A stretch of 64,000 nt of DNA from an uncultured Bacteroidales bacterium (GCA_964491395.1 CAZBGI010000014.1:5714-69713); one strand, 5' to 3'; positions 49,421-59,388 are shown, numbered from the stretch's first letter. The notes: generated from the letters alone by a model not told the origin. Program-made: numbers and translations.

Positions 49421-52400
49421 TTACGGTGCAATACTAAAGAGAAAAACCTCCCTGGAGTCTCCTGAAATCAGTGTAAGAACATAATTTCCCGGAAGAAGGT
49501 GCCCGACATGAAAGGTTTTCTGTAAACCTGTCAATGCTACTTTTTGTTTCAAAACAGGTTGCCCTGCCATGTTGTGAATTTGTGCTTCCATCACTTCTCC
49601 ATCTGAAAAAGAAGGACCAAAAACTGTGAGTTTATCTCTTGCCGGATTGGGATACAAAATCATCTCACCTGGCGCAGGGTTATCCTCCGGAATAACAATG
49701 TTGATTTTCAGAGCTTCTTTAATGCTGAGGGATACACTTTCAATGACTTCCTGCTGGGGAGTAATGTGCAATGGCAGGGAAGGTAGTGACTCGAAGCCGG
49801 CCATTTCTACCTCAAGGATGTAGGTTCCGTAAGGAAGATGGGTAAAGGAGAAGTTTCCATGGACATCGGTGAGTGTATGCCCGTATATCTTTTTACCGCT
49901 CAGGCTATACAAAAGAATACTGATATTGGAGAGTCCGCCGTTGCAAAACTCATCTTGGGAGTCTGAAAACCACGGTTGACAATATACATCTTTATCATCG
50001 GGGTGCAACTTAGGCAAGGCAAAATGTCCGCGGATGGTCCCGTTTCCGGAAGGGAATGATGTGTTAAGAGCGGGAATCCGGATGTCTATTCCATATGTAT
50101 TGCCTGTAAGATCGTGGATGTAAGCCTTCTCCCACCGGCTTTGCTCAACATAGTAGGATGGAAGTTGATTGTTTTCAGGCAGCGTATCGGAAGGAACATA
50201 CAGAATGTATTCACCCCTGAAAAGTCTGTCAAACCTAAATACCCCCTTATCATCAGTCCAGGTAAGAAATCGGGTAGGGAGTTCCGTGGGGTCGTCTTCC
50301 ATCAGAAATGCAACCACCGGGTTACCGCTAACCGGGTTATGATCGTACCACAGACTTCCCTCTATACTGTAAGCCGGCCGTATGAAAATTGTAACCGTAT
50401 CTCTGACGGTTTCGCAGTACCGGGAAAAAATTGTAAGTACAAGATTTATCTGTTGCCGGTTAATATCTTCAGGGCCGGGCGTGTAATCGGTGAGGATGCT
50501 GTCGGGATGGCTAAACACTCCATCTCCTGAACTTTCCCACTGAATGGAGTCCTCATGCAGTGCGTAAGCTTCTGAGGTGTTGAAGGTGTCTTCAGGAGCG
50601 ATAAAACTGTTTTTGCCTGCATAAGCTAACGGTAATGGTGCAAAAGATAAGAGAAATTCATCATACACAACCTGTTCTCCCTTCTGGGCACTGAGCCGAA
50701 GAACTACACTTCCGGATGCCCGGTCTTCTTCTCCGGGAAAATATGCAGGGCTTACATGCTCAGGATTGGAAAATGAACCATCACCAGAGGTTGTCCATGA
50801 AAATTCGTCCCATGATGCAGGAACATGGCCATGTTCTATGTTAAAGACTTCAACATCTACGCAGAGAGTAGTGTCGGTTCCTGCATAAGGTATGGCGCTG
50901 GCCAGGGCATAGGGGCTTTTGTTGCCGTCTGATTGGTCTTTGTTTTTATTATAATCCTGGTCATAAGCAGCTATACCTATGGTGCCTGTAGTATCTTCAG
51001 GAAGGAAAAACACCGTGTCTGTAAGCAATTCAGTGGAATCACTGAAGCTGTAATGGGAGAATTCTCCATAAAAGACTCTGTAGCCCAGCAGATCCGATTC
51101 AGGATTAGCTCTCCAGCTTAACCGAACAGAACCCTCAACGATCTGTTTTACAAAACCTGAAGGAGCCGAAACAGGAGCTTGCGTGTTGGCTTGCTCCAAT
51201 ATAGGCTTATAGTCCAATACTCCCAATGCAGGGTCATTAGAAAAATCATACAGAAGTTTTTCGATGATGCTGTCTTGGGTAGCCTCCCAGTAGGAATGGC
51301 TGATATTAATATCAAAAGGGGTTAAATTTTTAACAATGGCTGTATCTTTGCGGTTACGAAAAATATTGTTTCCTGAAAACAGCACATTCTGGCCTGCCAG
51401 AAAGGTAATTACATCTTCATCATTTCCGGTAAATGTATTTTCTCCAATAGCAATGTCGCTGGAGTTGTTTCTGAACATGATGCCCATTTTATTTTCATAG
51501 ATGCTGTTGTTGTGAAAATATGAATCACCGGTTGAAACAAAAGCGGCTGCCGTGGTATTGCGCCAAAAAATATTATGACTGATAAAGGTAGAATCCATGG
51601 AGTTGTAGATTCCGAATCCATCGTTGTCATTGCCGTTATTAATGATGATGTTTCTGCTGATATGGGTGTGGGCTGATGTCCCCAGATTAGAGCTGAACAG
51701 CCAGACTCCTTGCTGGCTGTTCTTAATGAGGTTTTCCTCCACTACATTGTGATAGCAGTAACCATGATTGTTGCTTTGAATACTGATATTGGTAATAAAG
51801 TTGCTGAATGTATTGCCGGCAATTGTATTGAAAGATGCCTGGTTTCCATTGCCCGTTGCATAAATCTCAACACCAATAAAATTATCCGTGAATAAATTCG
51901 CGCTTACATTCCAGTTGGAGCTGTTGGTCAGACTGACTCCGATAAAAAACACATCGCTGATAAGGCTGTTGGTAAGAGAAACATAATGTGCGTTCTGCCC
52001 TGTGATTCCTTTTACAGCATTTTTTATTACCACATAGTCGAACACAACATCGTCGGGGTTGTCGATGGCGCTTAAAGTTATCCCGTTCCAGTTCCAGGTT
52101 TCACCTTCACCATGATTGGGCAGCAAGCGGATGCTGTCAGTTTCGTTTCCCACCATAGAAAGGTTTCCTCCTTCCACATTGATTCCTCTTCCCTGCGAAA
52201 ATACAATGGTAGTACCGGCTTGCACCTGAAGAGAAGATCCGACCGGGACGGTAATATTATTGGCTACCCAGTAAATATTATCAGCCGTCCAGAAAGCAGA
52301 ACCATTTAATACCCCTCCAACTTCGATTATCGGTATATCTTTTTTGGTTTTTTCAACCTCTGAAGCAAATGAAGCACACTGCCCCATCAGGGCGACAACA

Positions 52401-52468
52401 ACCATACCGCCCTTTAGTAAGCTCATAAGTAGGCTCGTGAAAAAAGATAAGATGGTTTTGGTGTTCAT
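49421..52468 (-). CDS. T9SS type-A cargo with right-handed beta-helix, FN3, Ig/PKD-like and carboxypeptidase-regulatory-like domains
   Basis: Asn-rich parallel beta-helix repeats, LSWRANPESDLLGYRVFY (FN3), two W.(T/S)SGDG.FS repeats, and C-terminal LYPNPA..IHNMAGQ..PGNYVL. Confidence 0.82.
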   Translation of the reverse strand: MNTKTILSFFTSLLMSLLKGGMVVVALMGQCASFASEVEKTKKDIPIIEVGGVLNGSAFWTADNIYWVANNITVPVGSSLQVQAGTTIVFSQGRGINVEGGNLSMVGNETDSIRLLPNHGEGETWNWNGITLSAIDNPDDVVFDYVVIKNAVKGITGQNAHYVSLTNSLISDVFFIGVSLTNSSNWNVSANLFTDNFIGVEIYATGNGNQASFNTIAGNTFSNFITNISIQSNNHGYCYHNVVEENLIKNSQQGVWLFSSNLGTSAHTHISRNIIINNGNDNDGFGIYNSMDSTFISHNIFWRNTTAAAFVSTGDSYFHNNSIYENKMGIMFRNNSSDIAIGENTFTGNDEDVITFLAGQNVLFSGNNIFRNRKDTAIVKNLTPFDINISHSYWEATQDSIIEKLLYDFSNDPALGVLDYKPILEQANTQAPVSAPSGFVKQIVEGSVRLSWRANPESDLLGYRVFYGEFSHYSFSDSTELLTDTVFFLPEDTTGTIGIAAYDQDYNKNKDQSDGNKSPYALASAIPYAGTDTTLCVDVEVFNIEHGHVPASWDEFSWTTSGDGSFSNPEHVSPAYFPGEEDRASGSVVLRLSAQKGEQVVYDEFLLSFAPLPLAYAGKNSFIAPEDTFNTSEAYALHEDSIQWESSGDGVFSHPDSILTDYTPGPEDINRQQINLVLTIFSRYCETVRDTVTIFIRPAYSIEGSLWYDHNPVSGNPVVAFLMEDDPTELPTRFLTWTDDKGVFRFDRLFRGEYILYVPSDTLPENNQLPSYYVEQSRWEKAYIHDLTGNTYGIDIRIPALNTSFPSGNGTIRGHFALPKLHPDDKDVYCQPWFSDSQDEFCNGGLSNISILLYSLSGKKIYGHTLTDVHGNFSFTHLPYGTYILEVEMAGFESLPSLPLHITPQQEVIESVSLSIKEALKINIVIPEDNPAPGEMILYPNPARDKLTVFGPSFSDGEVMEAQIHNMAGQPVLKQKVALTGLQKTFHVGHLLPGNYVLTLISGDSREVFLFSIAP

Positions 52469-52480
52469 GTTATTTGATGG

Positions 52481-53821
52481 TTAGAAATAATATAACACTC
52501 CAAGTCTGATGCCTCCACCGTGAATTCTACGTTCCAGGGGATGATTCTGATTCCATGCAGTGAAATACCTGCGGTACCATGTTTCAGCAAAAATATCGCT
52601 GATGGCACTTAACCTGATTTTCGCTCCTAATCCACCCGACCAGGCCAGTACCCATGGAGAGAAATTGTTGCGGTTAACATAAACAGCAGGAAAGCCTTCC
52701 GTGTTTTCCACGCTTTGGGCATTCAGCCAAAGAGGCGTACTGGCATGGAAATTTCCCCGGGCATACCCCACAAAGTTGCGGCCGGCATAAAAATCCCACG
52801 ACAGAGCCAGGCTGGTTTCCACAAATCCCATCCGGTTCATCCTTTCATAAAAGATCTCCTGGCTTTCCAGGGGGATGTAAGTGGTATCGGTAATATGGGT
52901 CCAGATGGTGTCGTTTTGCTGAATCACAAAGAAGGAGTCCAGCGTATCAATTTGATTAAATCCTCCGGTGGAAAAAAGTTCTGAATAATTGAATCTGTGC
53001 GCAAAACTATTGATAGCAAGCCCTGCAATAACAGACACACTACCGGTATTGTATTGCAGGGAGGCACCCAACCCAAAGTTTCTCACAGAAAATGCATCTG
53101 CCTGGTTAATCTTTTCCAGATCCGGTGTGAGCGAAGGATTGCCGGTAAATTGATATTCGGTCATCATTTGGGTCAGGGCTATGCCGAAGGCCCATCGTTC
53201 ACGCCCATTGACTTCCACGCCCAGCAGATCGCGAACCAGTGTTTCGGGCCGGGTAATTTCACTCTGAGGCTGACGTTCAATAAAAACGGTATCTATGATT
53301 AATTGCTCTTCAACCTGGATTACCGTATCCCGGATAAATATTGTATCATATACAATCACAGTGTTGGAATAGGTAGAGGGAAGAGAATCTGAAAGTTGCC
53401 ATTGCCGGGGAGCAGGGGCAGGTTTACTTGTGGGCGAAGAGGATGTCATTGCCTGGGCAGGGGGCGGTCTTCGGGTTTTTTCTGTAGCCTTTAGGATAAT
53501 GAGATGATTGCCAGACTCCCTGAATTCATGTCCGTTTTGGGTGAGAATTTCCCTTAGTATGACCATGGGTGTTTTACCCGAAGCAGAGTAATTTATCAAT
53601 ACATCAAAAACATCTTCTGATGCATTGTAGGTAATATTTATATTGTGATGTGCAGAAAGCCTGTGAAGAACAGATTTTAGGGGTTCATTGCGGGCTTCAA
53701 ATTCAATGGGGTTTTGTTGATTCTTTGATAATGCTGTTTCAGGGCTAACAGGAAGCAGCAGGAAAAGAATAAACAGACCTGGAACAAAACTAAACGAATG
53801 AAATCTTTGGTTATCACTCAC
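52481..53821 (-). CDS. STN signalling domain plus small outer-membrane beta-barrel protein
   Basis: Signal peptide, STN-like segment (EPLKSVLHRLS..NITYN..ILREIL..EFRESGNHLII), Pro-rich linker, and about 8 amphipathic strands ending GGIRLGVLYYF. Confidence 0.7.
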   Translation of the reverse strand: MSDNQRFHSFSFVPGLFILFLLLPVSPETALSKNQQNPIEFEARNEPLKSVLHRLSAHHNINITYNASEDVFDVLINYSASGKTPMVILREILTQNGHEFRESGNHLIILKATEKTRRPPPAQAMTSSSPTSKPAPAPRQWQLSDSLPSTYSNTVIVYDTIFIRDTVIQVEEQLIIDTVFIERQPQSEITRPETLVRDLLGVEVNGRERWAFGIALTQMMTEYQFTGNPSLTPDLEKINQADAFSVRNFGLGASLQYNTGSVSVIAGLAINSFAHRFNYSELFSTGGFNQIDTLDSFFVIQQNDTIWTHITDTTYIPLESQEIFYERMNRMGFVETSLALSWDFYAGRNFVGYARGNFHASTPLWLNAQSVENTEGFPAVYVNRNNFSPWVLAWSGGLGAKIRLSAISDIFAETWYRRYFTAWNQNHPLERRIHGGGIRLGVLYYF

Positions 53822-54055
53822 GATCTTAAAGTTTTAATTCCCAAAACAAGTTTTAATTTTTCAGTTTTTGCGCATAACAACAAATCAACCACCCGATAGA
53901 ATATATTGTTTAGCGAATGATTAATTATTATGAAATGAACCTTTAGCCTTGTATTCCACCCTCAATTGTATCAGCACTGAACCTGCCTGCCATACATAAC
54001 AATGGCAGGATACCCTGAGGATATCCTGCAATAACGATGGGAAGGTTGGAGTAGC

Positions 54056-55069
54056 TCAATGGGCTACAACATAAGTATTATGTTCTTTTTCAATGGTTAC
54101 ATCAAAAAGAATTTCCAGGGAGTTGAAAATATCTTCTGGTTTTTCATTGATAAATCGTGCTGTAAGTTTTTGATCCTCAATTTCTGAGGCCCATTTAATG
54201 TCGATATAATAAGCTTTGCTGATATCGCTTAAAACATCGGTTAGAGGTGTTTCCACAAACTCCAGTTTGCCGGTTTTCCATGCCATGAAGTTATAATTAT
54301 CAATAGGTTCCCTTGTAAAAGCTTGCGAACTGGGTTTCCAGGTCACTTTCTGATCTGCTGAAAGAGTAATGGATTCCCCGGATTCTGTTTCCAGGATTAC
54401 TTTTCCTGAGAGTACTGCCAATTCAATATTTCCTGTGTTGTGGTCTTGCAAAATATTGAAAGAGGTTCCCGGTACAATTACCCTGGCACCTTCAAGTTCA
54501 ATAATGAAAGGGTATTGGTCATAAGTATTTACATCAAAAAATGCATTTCCTTCGAGGCTCACTCTGCGCTGATCTTTGGAAAATTCAGCAGGATAATTCA
54601 GGGTTGCCTTACCGTTAAAAAACACGGTGGTCCCATCATTAAGCAGAATAGAGTCAGTGGTGGTGGGTTGTACATTCTCATAACTCAGTAGCTGGTTTTT
54701 CTGGTTCTGAAAAATCATGAAAAATACTCCTGATATAATAATCAGCATGGCAGCTATGCCTGAGAGAAGGTATGCACGGTGCTTAAAACTGGTGTTTAGC
54801 GGAATGATTTTGTTATGTGATTCATCGGATTGTTGTTCGTACGCATCTATTTTTTGATTGATTCGTTCCCAGGCCAGTTTTTTGTTAATGGTAATTTCTG
54901 GGGCCTGTGCAGGAGAGGTTTGCCATATTTTTTGATATTCTTTAAAAAATTCAAGATGGTTTGCAGAGGATTCCAACCAGGCTTGCAGTTCTTTTTTTTC
55001 ATTGTCGGTGGCTTCCCCTGCAAGCACCCGGGTGATGAGCAAATTGTATTTTTCTGATATGTTTTCCAT
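54056..55069 (-). CDS. FecR-family anti-sigma factor
   Basis: N-terminal GEAT..E..ELQAWL, a TM segment, LNDGTTVFFN..LNYP..F...R.V.LEGNAFFDV, GTSFNI and AWKTGKL.F..TPL. Confidence 0.93.
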   Translation of the reverse strand: MENISEKYNLLITRVLAGEATDNEKKELQAWLESSANHLEFFKEYQKIWQTSPAQAPEITINKKLAWERINQKIDAYEQQSDESHNKIIPLNTSFKHRAYLLSGIAAMLIIISGVFFMIFQNQKNQLLSYENVQPTTTDSILLNDGTTVFFNGKATLNYPAEFSKDQRRVSLEGNAFFDVNTYDQYPFIIELEGARVIVPGTSFNILQDHNTGNIELAVLSGKVILETESGESITLSADQKVTWKPSSQAFTREPIDNYNFMAWKTGKLEFVETPLTDVLSDISKAYYIDIKWASEIEDQKLTARFINEKPEDIFNSLEILFDVTIEKEHNTYVVAH

Positions 55070-55115
55070 GGTAATCGTTGTATGGGTGTTTTATTGTTGC
55101 AGTGTTAATACTACT

Positions 55116-55141
55116 GACAGTCTTGTTGATGAATACCCTTA
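55116..55141 (-). promoter_or_regulatory. Putative ECF-sigma promoter TAAGGGT-N14-CTGTC (copy 2, upstream of fecR)
   Basis: Minus strand TAAGGGT attcatcaacaaga CTGTC, 46 nt before the fecR ATG. Confidence 0.75.
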
Positions 55142-55210
55142 GTGGCTTGAATAAAATTTTTGATATTGTTTGTTACGGTATAGATTTACCGGCTGCACCT
55201 GATTTTGTGG

Positions 55211-55783
55211 TCAGGCTGCTCCTGTAATCAGCATCAGCAGCAGAACCAGATAATCCTTCAGGTATTTTCTGAGGTGCTCCAGCGCAGCACTAAGATGTGC
55301 CTCGACGGTTTTAACAGATATATCCATCTTGCTGGCAATATCAGCATAGGATAATCCGTGGCTACGGCTGTATTCATATACCATTCTGCGTTTGGGAGAC
55401 ATGGTTTCCATCCCCATGGCTACCAGGGCTTTGATTTCTTTTTGATGGATGTCGGAAGTATACGCTTCCGATGAAATCGCTTTTCCCAGCTCCTGTTTGC
55501 GATGACTTAATCTTACCTTCAGGTGTTCCTGATGATTGATGATCTTGTTCAGTGCCATGCGGTATAAGTATGATTTGAGTGAAGTCGTTATTTTCAACTC
55601 ATCTCTCTTGACCCACAATTTTACAAAGATGTCCTGTACAATTTCTTCGGCCTCTTCCTGGTTGCCTGTCCTGATGGTGCAGTAACGGGAAAGAGGTTCG
55701 TACCAGGTCTGGAAGATTTCTTCAAAAATGCGCCTGTCTCCTTTGCGTAAACCTTCCATGAGATGGATGTTTTCGGGCTCCAT
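55211..55783 (-). CDS. ECF RNA polymerase sigma factor (Bacteroidota FecI-like)
   Basis: AEEIVQDIFVKLW, SLKSYLY and LSYADIA..MDISVKTVEAHL, with a hydrophobic C-terminal tail. ATG 55783 is chosen because TTG 55849 lies inside the promoter motif. Confidence 0.93.
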   Translation of the reverse strand: MEPENIHLMEGLRKGDRRIFEEIFQTWYEPLSRYCTIRTGNQEEAEEIVQDIFVKLWVKRDELKITTSLKSYLYRMALNKIINHQEHLKVRLSHRKQELGKAISSEAYTSDIHQKEIKALVAMGMETMSPKRRMVYEYSRSHGLSYADIASKMDISVKTVEAHLSAALEHLRKYLKDYLVLLLMLITGAA

Positions 55784-55829
55784 GCTGAATAGTGGGTTAT
55801 GTTGAATTTGGTTTAATTGGCTTATGAGT

Positions 55830-55855
55830 GACAGTTCAGAGGGGGCCAACCCTTA
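55830..55855 (-). promoter_or_regulatory. Putative ECF-sigma promoter TAAGGGT-N14-CTGTC (copy 3, autoregulatory)
   Basis: Minus strand TAAGGGT tggccccctctgaa CTGTC, 46 nt before the sigma ATG and directly after the pepT terminator. Confidence 0.75.
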
Positions 55856-55869
55856 GTCTGCCTACCCGC

Positions 55870-55920
55870 AAAAACAAAAACAGGCTGTATCAGAAAGCTT
55901 CACCTGCCTGATACAGCCTG
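55870..55920 (-). terminator. pepT terminator
   Basis: 13-bp inverted repeat CAGGCTGTATCAG/CTGATACAGCCTG followed by TTTTTGTTTTT on the minus strand. Confidence 0.85.
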
Positions 55921-55942
55921 CTGAGTCTATCAGGAGGATAGA

Positions 55943-57172
55943 TTATTGTTTGGCGTACAATTCAATGATTTTTAATATCACCTTTGTCGCTTTCTCCATG
56001 CTCTCCAATGGGATAAATTCATATTTACCGTGGAAATTATGGCCTCCGGCAAATATATTGGGGCAGGGAAGGCCCATGTAGGAAAGTCTCGAACCATCTG
56101 TGCCTCCACGGATGGGTTTGATGTTGGGTTTAATGCCTACTTCTTTCATAGCCTCACTGGCAATTTCTACAATATGATAGACAGGCTCTACTTTTTCGCG
56201 CATGTTGTAGTACTGGTCTTTCATTTCAACTTTCAGGGTGCCTTCTCCATGTTTTTTGTTGATAAAGTCTGCTGCCTCCCGGAATAGTTTTTTGCGGTTT
56301 TCAAACTTTTGCCTGTCGTGGTCTCTGATGATGTATTGCAATACAGACTCTTCTACTGTGCCATCAAATTTGATCAGGTGAAAGAATCCTTCATAGTGTT
56401 CGGTAAATTCAGGACGGTCAAACACAGGTAGCATATCGTTGAACTCGCTACCCACAATCATAGAGTTGACCATTTTGTTTTTAGACATTCCCGGATGGAC
56501 ATTGCGTCCCTGCACCATGACTTTGGCATAAGCGGCATTGAAGTTTTCAAATTCCAGTTCACCTACTTCTCCTCCATCCACGGTATAGGCATATTGGGCA
56601 CCAAATTTTTTCACATCAAAATGATCTACTCCTTTTCCGATTTCTTCATCGGGGGTAAAGCCAATCTTGATGGTTCCGTGTTTTATCTCAGGATTTTGGG
56701 TCAGGTATTCAATGGCGGTCATTATTTCTGCTATTCCGGCTTTGTCGTCGGCTCCCAGCAAGGTAGTGCCATCTGTGGTTATCAGAGTTTGACCCACATA
56801 TTTTTTAAGTTCAGGAAAGTCGGCAACTTTCAGAAACATCTGCTTCTCATGGTTGATAAGAATATCTTCACCATCATAATCTTCCACGATGTTGGGTTTT
56901 ATGTCTGCTCCAGACATGTCCGGGGCTGTATCCACGTGTGAAAGAAACCCAATTACAGGCACTTCTTTGTCAATATTGGAAGGCAGAGTAGCCATTACAT
57001 AGCAGTTCTCGTCTACATGGGCATCTTCAAGACCCATTTCCCTGAGCTCTTCTACCAGCACCCTGGCCAGGTTAAACTGTTTTTTTGTGCTTGGAAAAGT
57101 CTGGGAAGTAGGATCAGCCTGTGTATCGATGCCGATATACTTGTAAAATTTTTCTAACAATGTTTGTTTCAT
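55943..57172 (-). CDS. pepT: Peptidase T (tripeptidase, M20B)
   Basis: [36 protein letters not shown] and GGHNFHG. Confidence 0.96.
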   Translation of the reverse strand: MKQTLLEKFYKYIGIDTQADPTSQTFPSTKKQFNLARVLVEELREMGLEDAHVDENCYVMATLPSNIDKEVPVIGFLSHVDTAPDMSGADIKPNIVEDYDGEDILINHEKQMFLKVADFPELKKYVGQTLITTDGTTLLGADDKAGIAEIMTAIEYLTQNPEIKHGTIKIGFTPDEEIGKGVDHFDVKKFGAQYAYTVDGGEVGELEFENFNAAYAKVMVQGRNVHPGMSKNKMVNSMIVGSEFNDMLPVFDRPEFTEHYEGFFHLIKFDGTVEESVLQYIIRDHDRQKFENRKKLFREAADFINKKHGEGTLKVEMKDQYYNMREKVEPVYHIVEIASEAMKEVGIKPNIKPIRGGTDGSRLSYMGLPCPNIFAGGHNFHGKYEFIPLESMEKATKVILKIIELYAKQ

Positions 57173-57282
57173 AATATATCAGGAGTTAAGGTGAAGGTTC
57201 AGGCCGGGAAATGACAGATGAGTATTTTGTTTTTCTCCAACCTGAACCTGCAATGTTTAAAAATACAAATTATCTTTAAGAA

Positions 57283-59244
57283 TTACTCTTCAATTTTTGC
57301 TTTGATTGAGTTTCTGAACAGGTAAATGCAAAGCAGTGCAAACATAACCAGACCGAGATATTGAGCTCCACTGCCCTCCATCCACTGTGCTGCTTCCAGG
57401 TTAAGGCCGCCGAACTTCATGATGGCACTTATCACTCCCATCAGGGCGCCACCGGCAATGAATCCACTGGCAATGAGGGTGCCTCGCTCACGTCTTATAG
57501 TATTAAGTTTTTCATTTTTACTGCGCGTGCTTACATAATGAGCAATGATTCCTCCTACAAGCAATGGGGTGTTTAATCCGATGGGGATAAACATGCCCAG
57601 GGCAAATGCCAGCGCGGGGACACCCAGCATGGTCAGAATCAGCGAAAGGAAAGCGCCTGCACCATAAAGTAACCAGGGTGCAGAGCCACCGGTCATCATG
57701 GGTTCAATAACTGCAGCCATGGCGTTGGCCTGAGGTGCCACCAGTGCTCCTTCTCCTTTAAAACCATAGGTCTGGTTGAGAATGATGATGACTCCCCCCA
57801 CGGTTGCCGCCGACACGATGGTACCCAAAAACTTCCATCCCTGCTGTTTGTAGGGGGAAGATCCCAGCCAGTAACCAATTTTAAGGTCTGTGATAAATCC
57901 TCCGGCCATGGCCAGGGCGGTGCAAACCACACCTCCAATAATCAAAGCCGCCACCATTCCTGATGTTCCGCTCAGGCCTGCTGCTGCCATGATCAGCGAA
58001 GTAATAATCAGGGTCATCAGTGTCATTCCTGATACCGGGTTGGTTCCTACAATGGCAATAGCGTTGGCCGCCACAGTGGTGAACAGGAAAGATATGATCA
58101 AAACAATCATCAAGGCAATGAGGGCGTGACCTAAATTTTCGACGACTCCAAACTGAAAGAATATGAAAATCAGTAGGGTAGTAAAAAGTATTCCACCCAT
58201 AATGATACTCATGGGAAGGTCGCGGCGTGTTCGAAGGTTGTTCTCTGCGGTGGCATGTTTGCTGAAAGTTTCTTTTACAGCCAACTTTATAGCTGTCTGG
58301 ATTACTTTAGATGAACGAATAATTCCGATAACTCCGGCCATGGCTATGCCTCCGATACCAATCATGCGCACGTATTCCATGAATATGAATTCTGGAGTTG
58401 CTTCTGCCAGTGCCAGTCCTCCACCAAACATTTCTGCTGCATGAGCAATCAAGGGAATAATAACGAACCAGCCTACGAAAGAACCGGCACAAATTATGAC
58501 TGCATATTTCAATCCGATGATATAGCCCAACCCTACAATGGCGGCTCCTAAATTGAGTTTGAAAACCAGCTTGGCTTTATCGGCTAATGCTTCGCCATAA
58601 GGAAGCACACGGGTAGAAAATTCTTCGGCCCACCACCCAAACGTAGCAATAATAAAATCGTATAAACCACCTATTAAACCACTGAAGAGAAGAATCTTCG
58701 CCTGGTTTCCTCCTTTTTCGCCTGAAACCAGTACTTCGGTGGTGGCAGTGGCTTCAGGGAATGGGTACTTGCCGTGCATTTCTGCTACGAAATATTTTCG
58801 GAAAGGGATGATAAACAAGATGCCTAAAAATCCTCCCAGCAATGAGGAAAGAAATACCTGGTAAAAATGGGCCTCAAGTTCCAGTATATATAAGGCCGGA
58901 AGAGTAAAGATGGCTCCCGCAACAATAACGCCCGAACTGGCTCCGATAGATTGAATGATTACATTTTCACCCAGTGCATTCTTCCTTTTTGAAAGGGTGG
59001 ACAACCCCACTGCTATAATGGCAATGGGAATAGCCGCTTCGAAAACTTGTCCGATTTTTAATCCCAGGTAGGCTGCAGCAGCAGAAAATATTACCGCCAT
59101 CAGCAATCCCAGCGACACTGACCGAAGATTTACTTCAGGATAGATTTTTCCCGGGGCCATTACCGGAATGTACTCTTCGCCGGGCTTTAGTTCCTTGTAG
59201 GCGTTAAGAGGCAGGCCTTTGATTACATTGTCATTGTTTTCCAT
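57283..59244 (-). CDS. OPT-family oligopeptide transporter
   Basis: YLGLKIGQVFEAAIP, ENVIIQ, PFPEATA, NPVSGMT, DLKIGYWLG and APQANAM, with many TM segments. ATG 59244 is preferred. Confidence 0.92.
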   Translation of the reverse strand: MENNDNVIKGLPLNAYKELKPGEEYIPVMAPGKIYPEVNLRSVSLGLLMAVIFSAAAAYLGLKIGQVFEAAIPIAIIAVGLSTLSKRKNALGENVIIQSIGASSGVIVAGAIFTLPALYILELEAHFYQVFLSSLLGGFLGILFIIPFRKYFVAEMHGKYPFPEATATTEVLVSGEKGGNQAKILLFSGLIGGLYDFIIATFGWWAEEFSTRVLPYGEALADKAKLVFKLNLGAAIVGLGYIIGLKYAVIICAGSFVGWFVIIPLIAHAAEMFGGGLALAEATPEFIFMEYVRMIGIGGIAMAGVIGIIRSSKVIQTAIKLAVKETFSKHATAENNLRTRRDLPMSIIMGGILFTTLLIFIFFQFGVVENLGHALIALMIVLIISFLFTTVAANAIAIVGTNPVSGMTLMTLIITSLIMAAAGLSGTSGMVAALIIGGVVCTALAMAGGFITDLKIGYWLGSSPYKQQGWKFLGTIVSAATVGGVIIILNQTYGFKGEGALVAPQANAMAAVIEPMMTGGSAPWLLYGAGAFLSLILTMLGVPALAFALGMFIPIGLNTPLLVGGIIAHYVSTRSKNEKLNTIRRERGTLIASGFIAGGALMGVISAIMKFGGLNLEAAQWMEGSGAQYLGLVMFALLCIYLFRNSIKAKIEE

Positions 59245-59340
59245 TTGTGTTGATGTTATTTGTTGGGTACTTTTTTTTTGATGCCTTTTAAAAGGCGGCC
59301 TAAAGTAGAAAATATCCTTCAAATAAACCAATAATATTAG

Positions 59341-59388
59341 AAAAAAATATGGGAACATCCTGAATATCCATTGTCAGGGTGTTCCCAT
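59341..59388 (-). terminator. glmM terminator
   Basis: ATGGGAACAtCCTGA/TCAGGgTGTTCCCAT stem followed by a U-run on the minus strand. Confidence 0.75.

Noticed and set aside
55784-55849. Upstream TTG/GTG starts in the ORF track (sigma 55849; also 636, 36196, 40765, 43419, 59358)
   Set aside because: The extensions overlap promoters or terminators or precede clear signal peptides. Downstream ATGs fit the families better.
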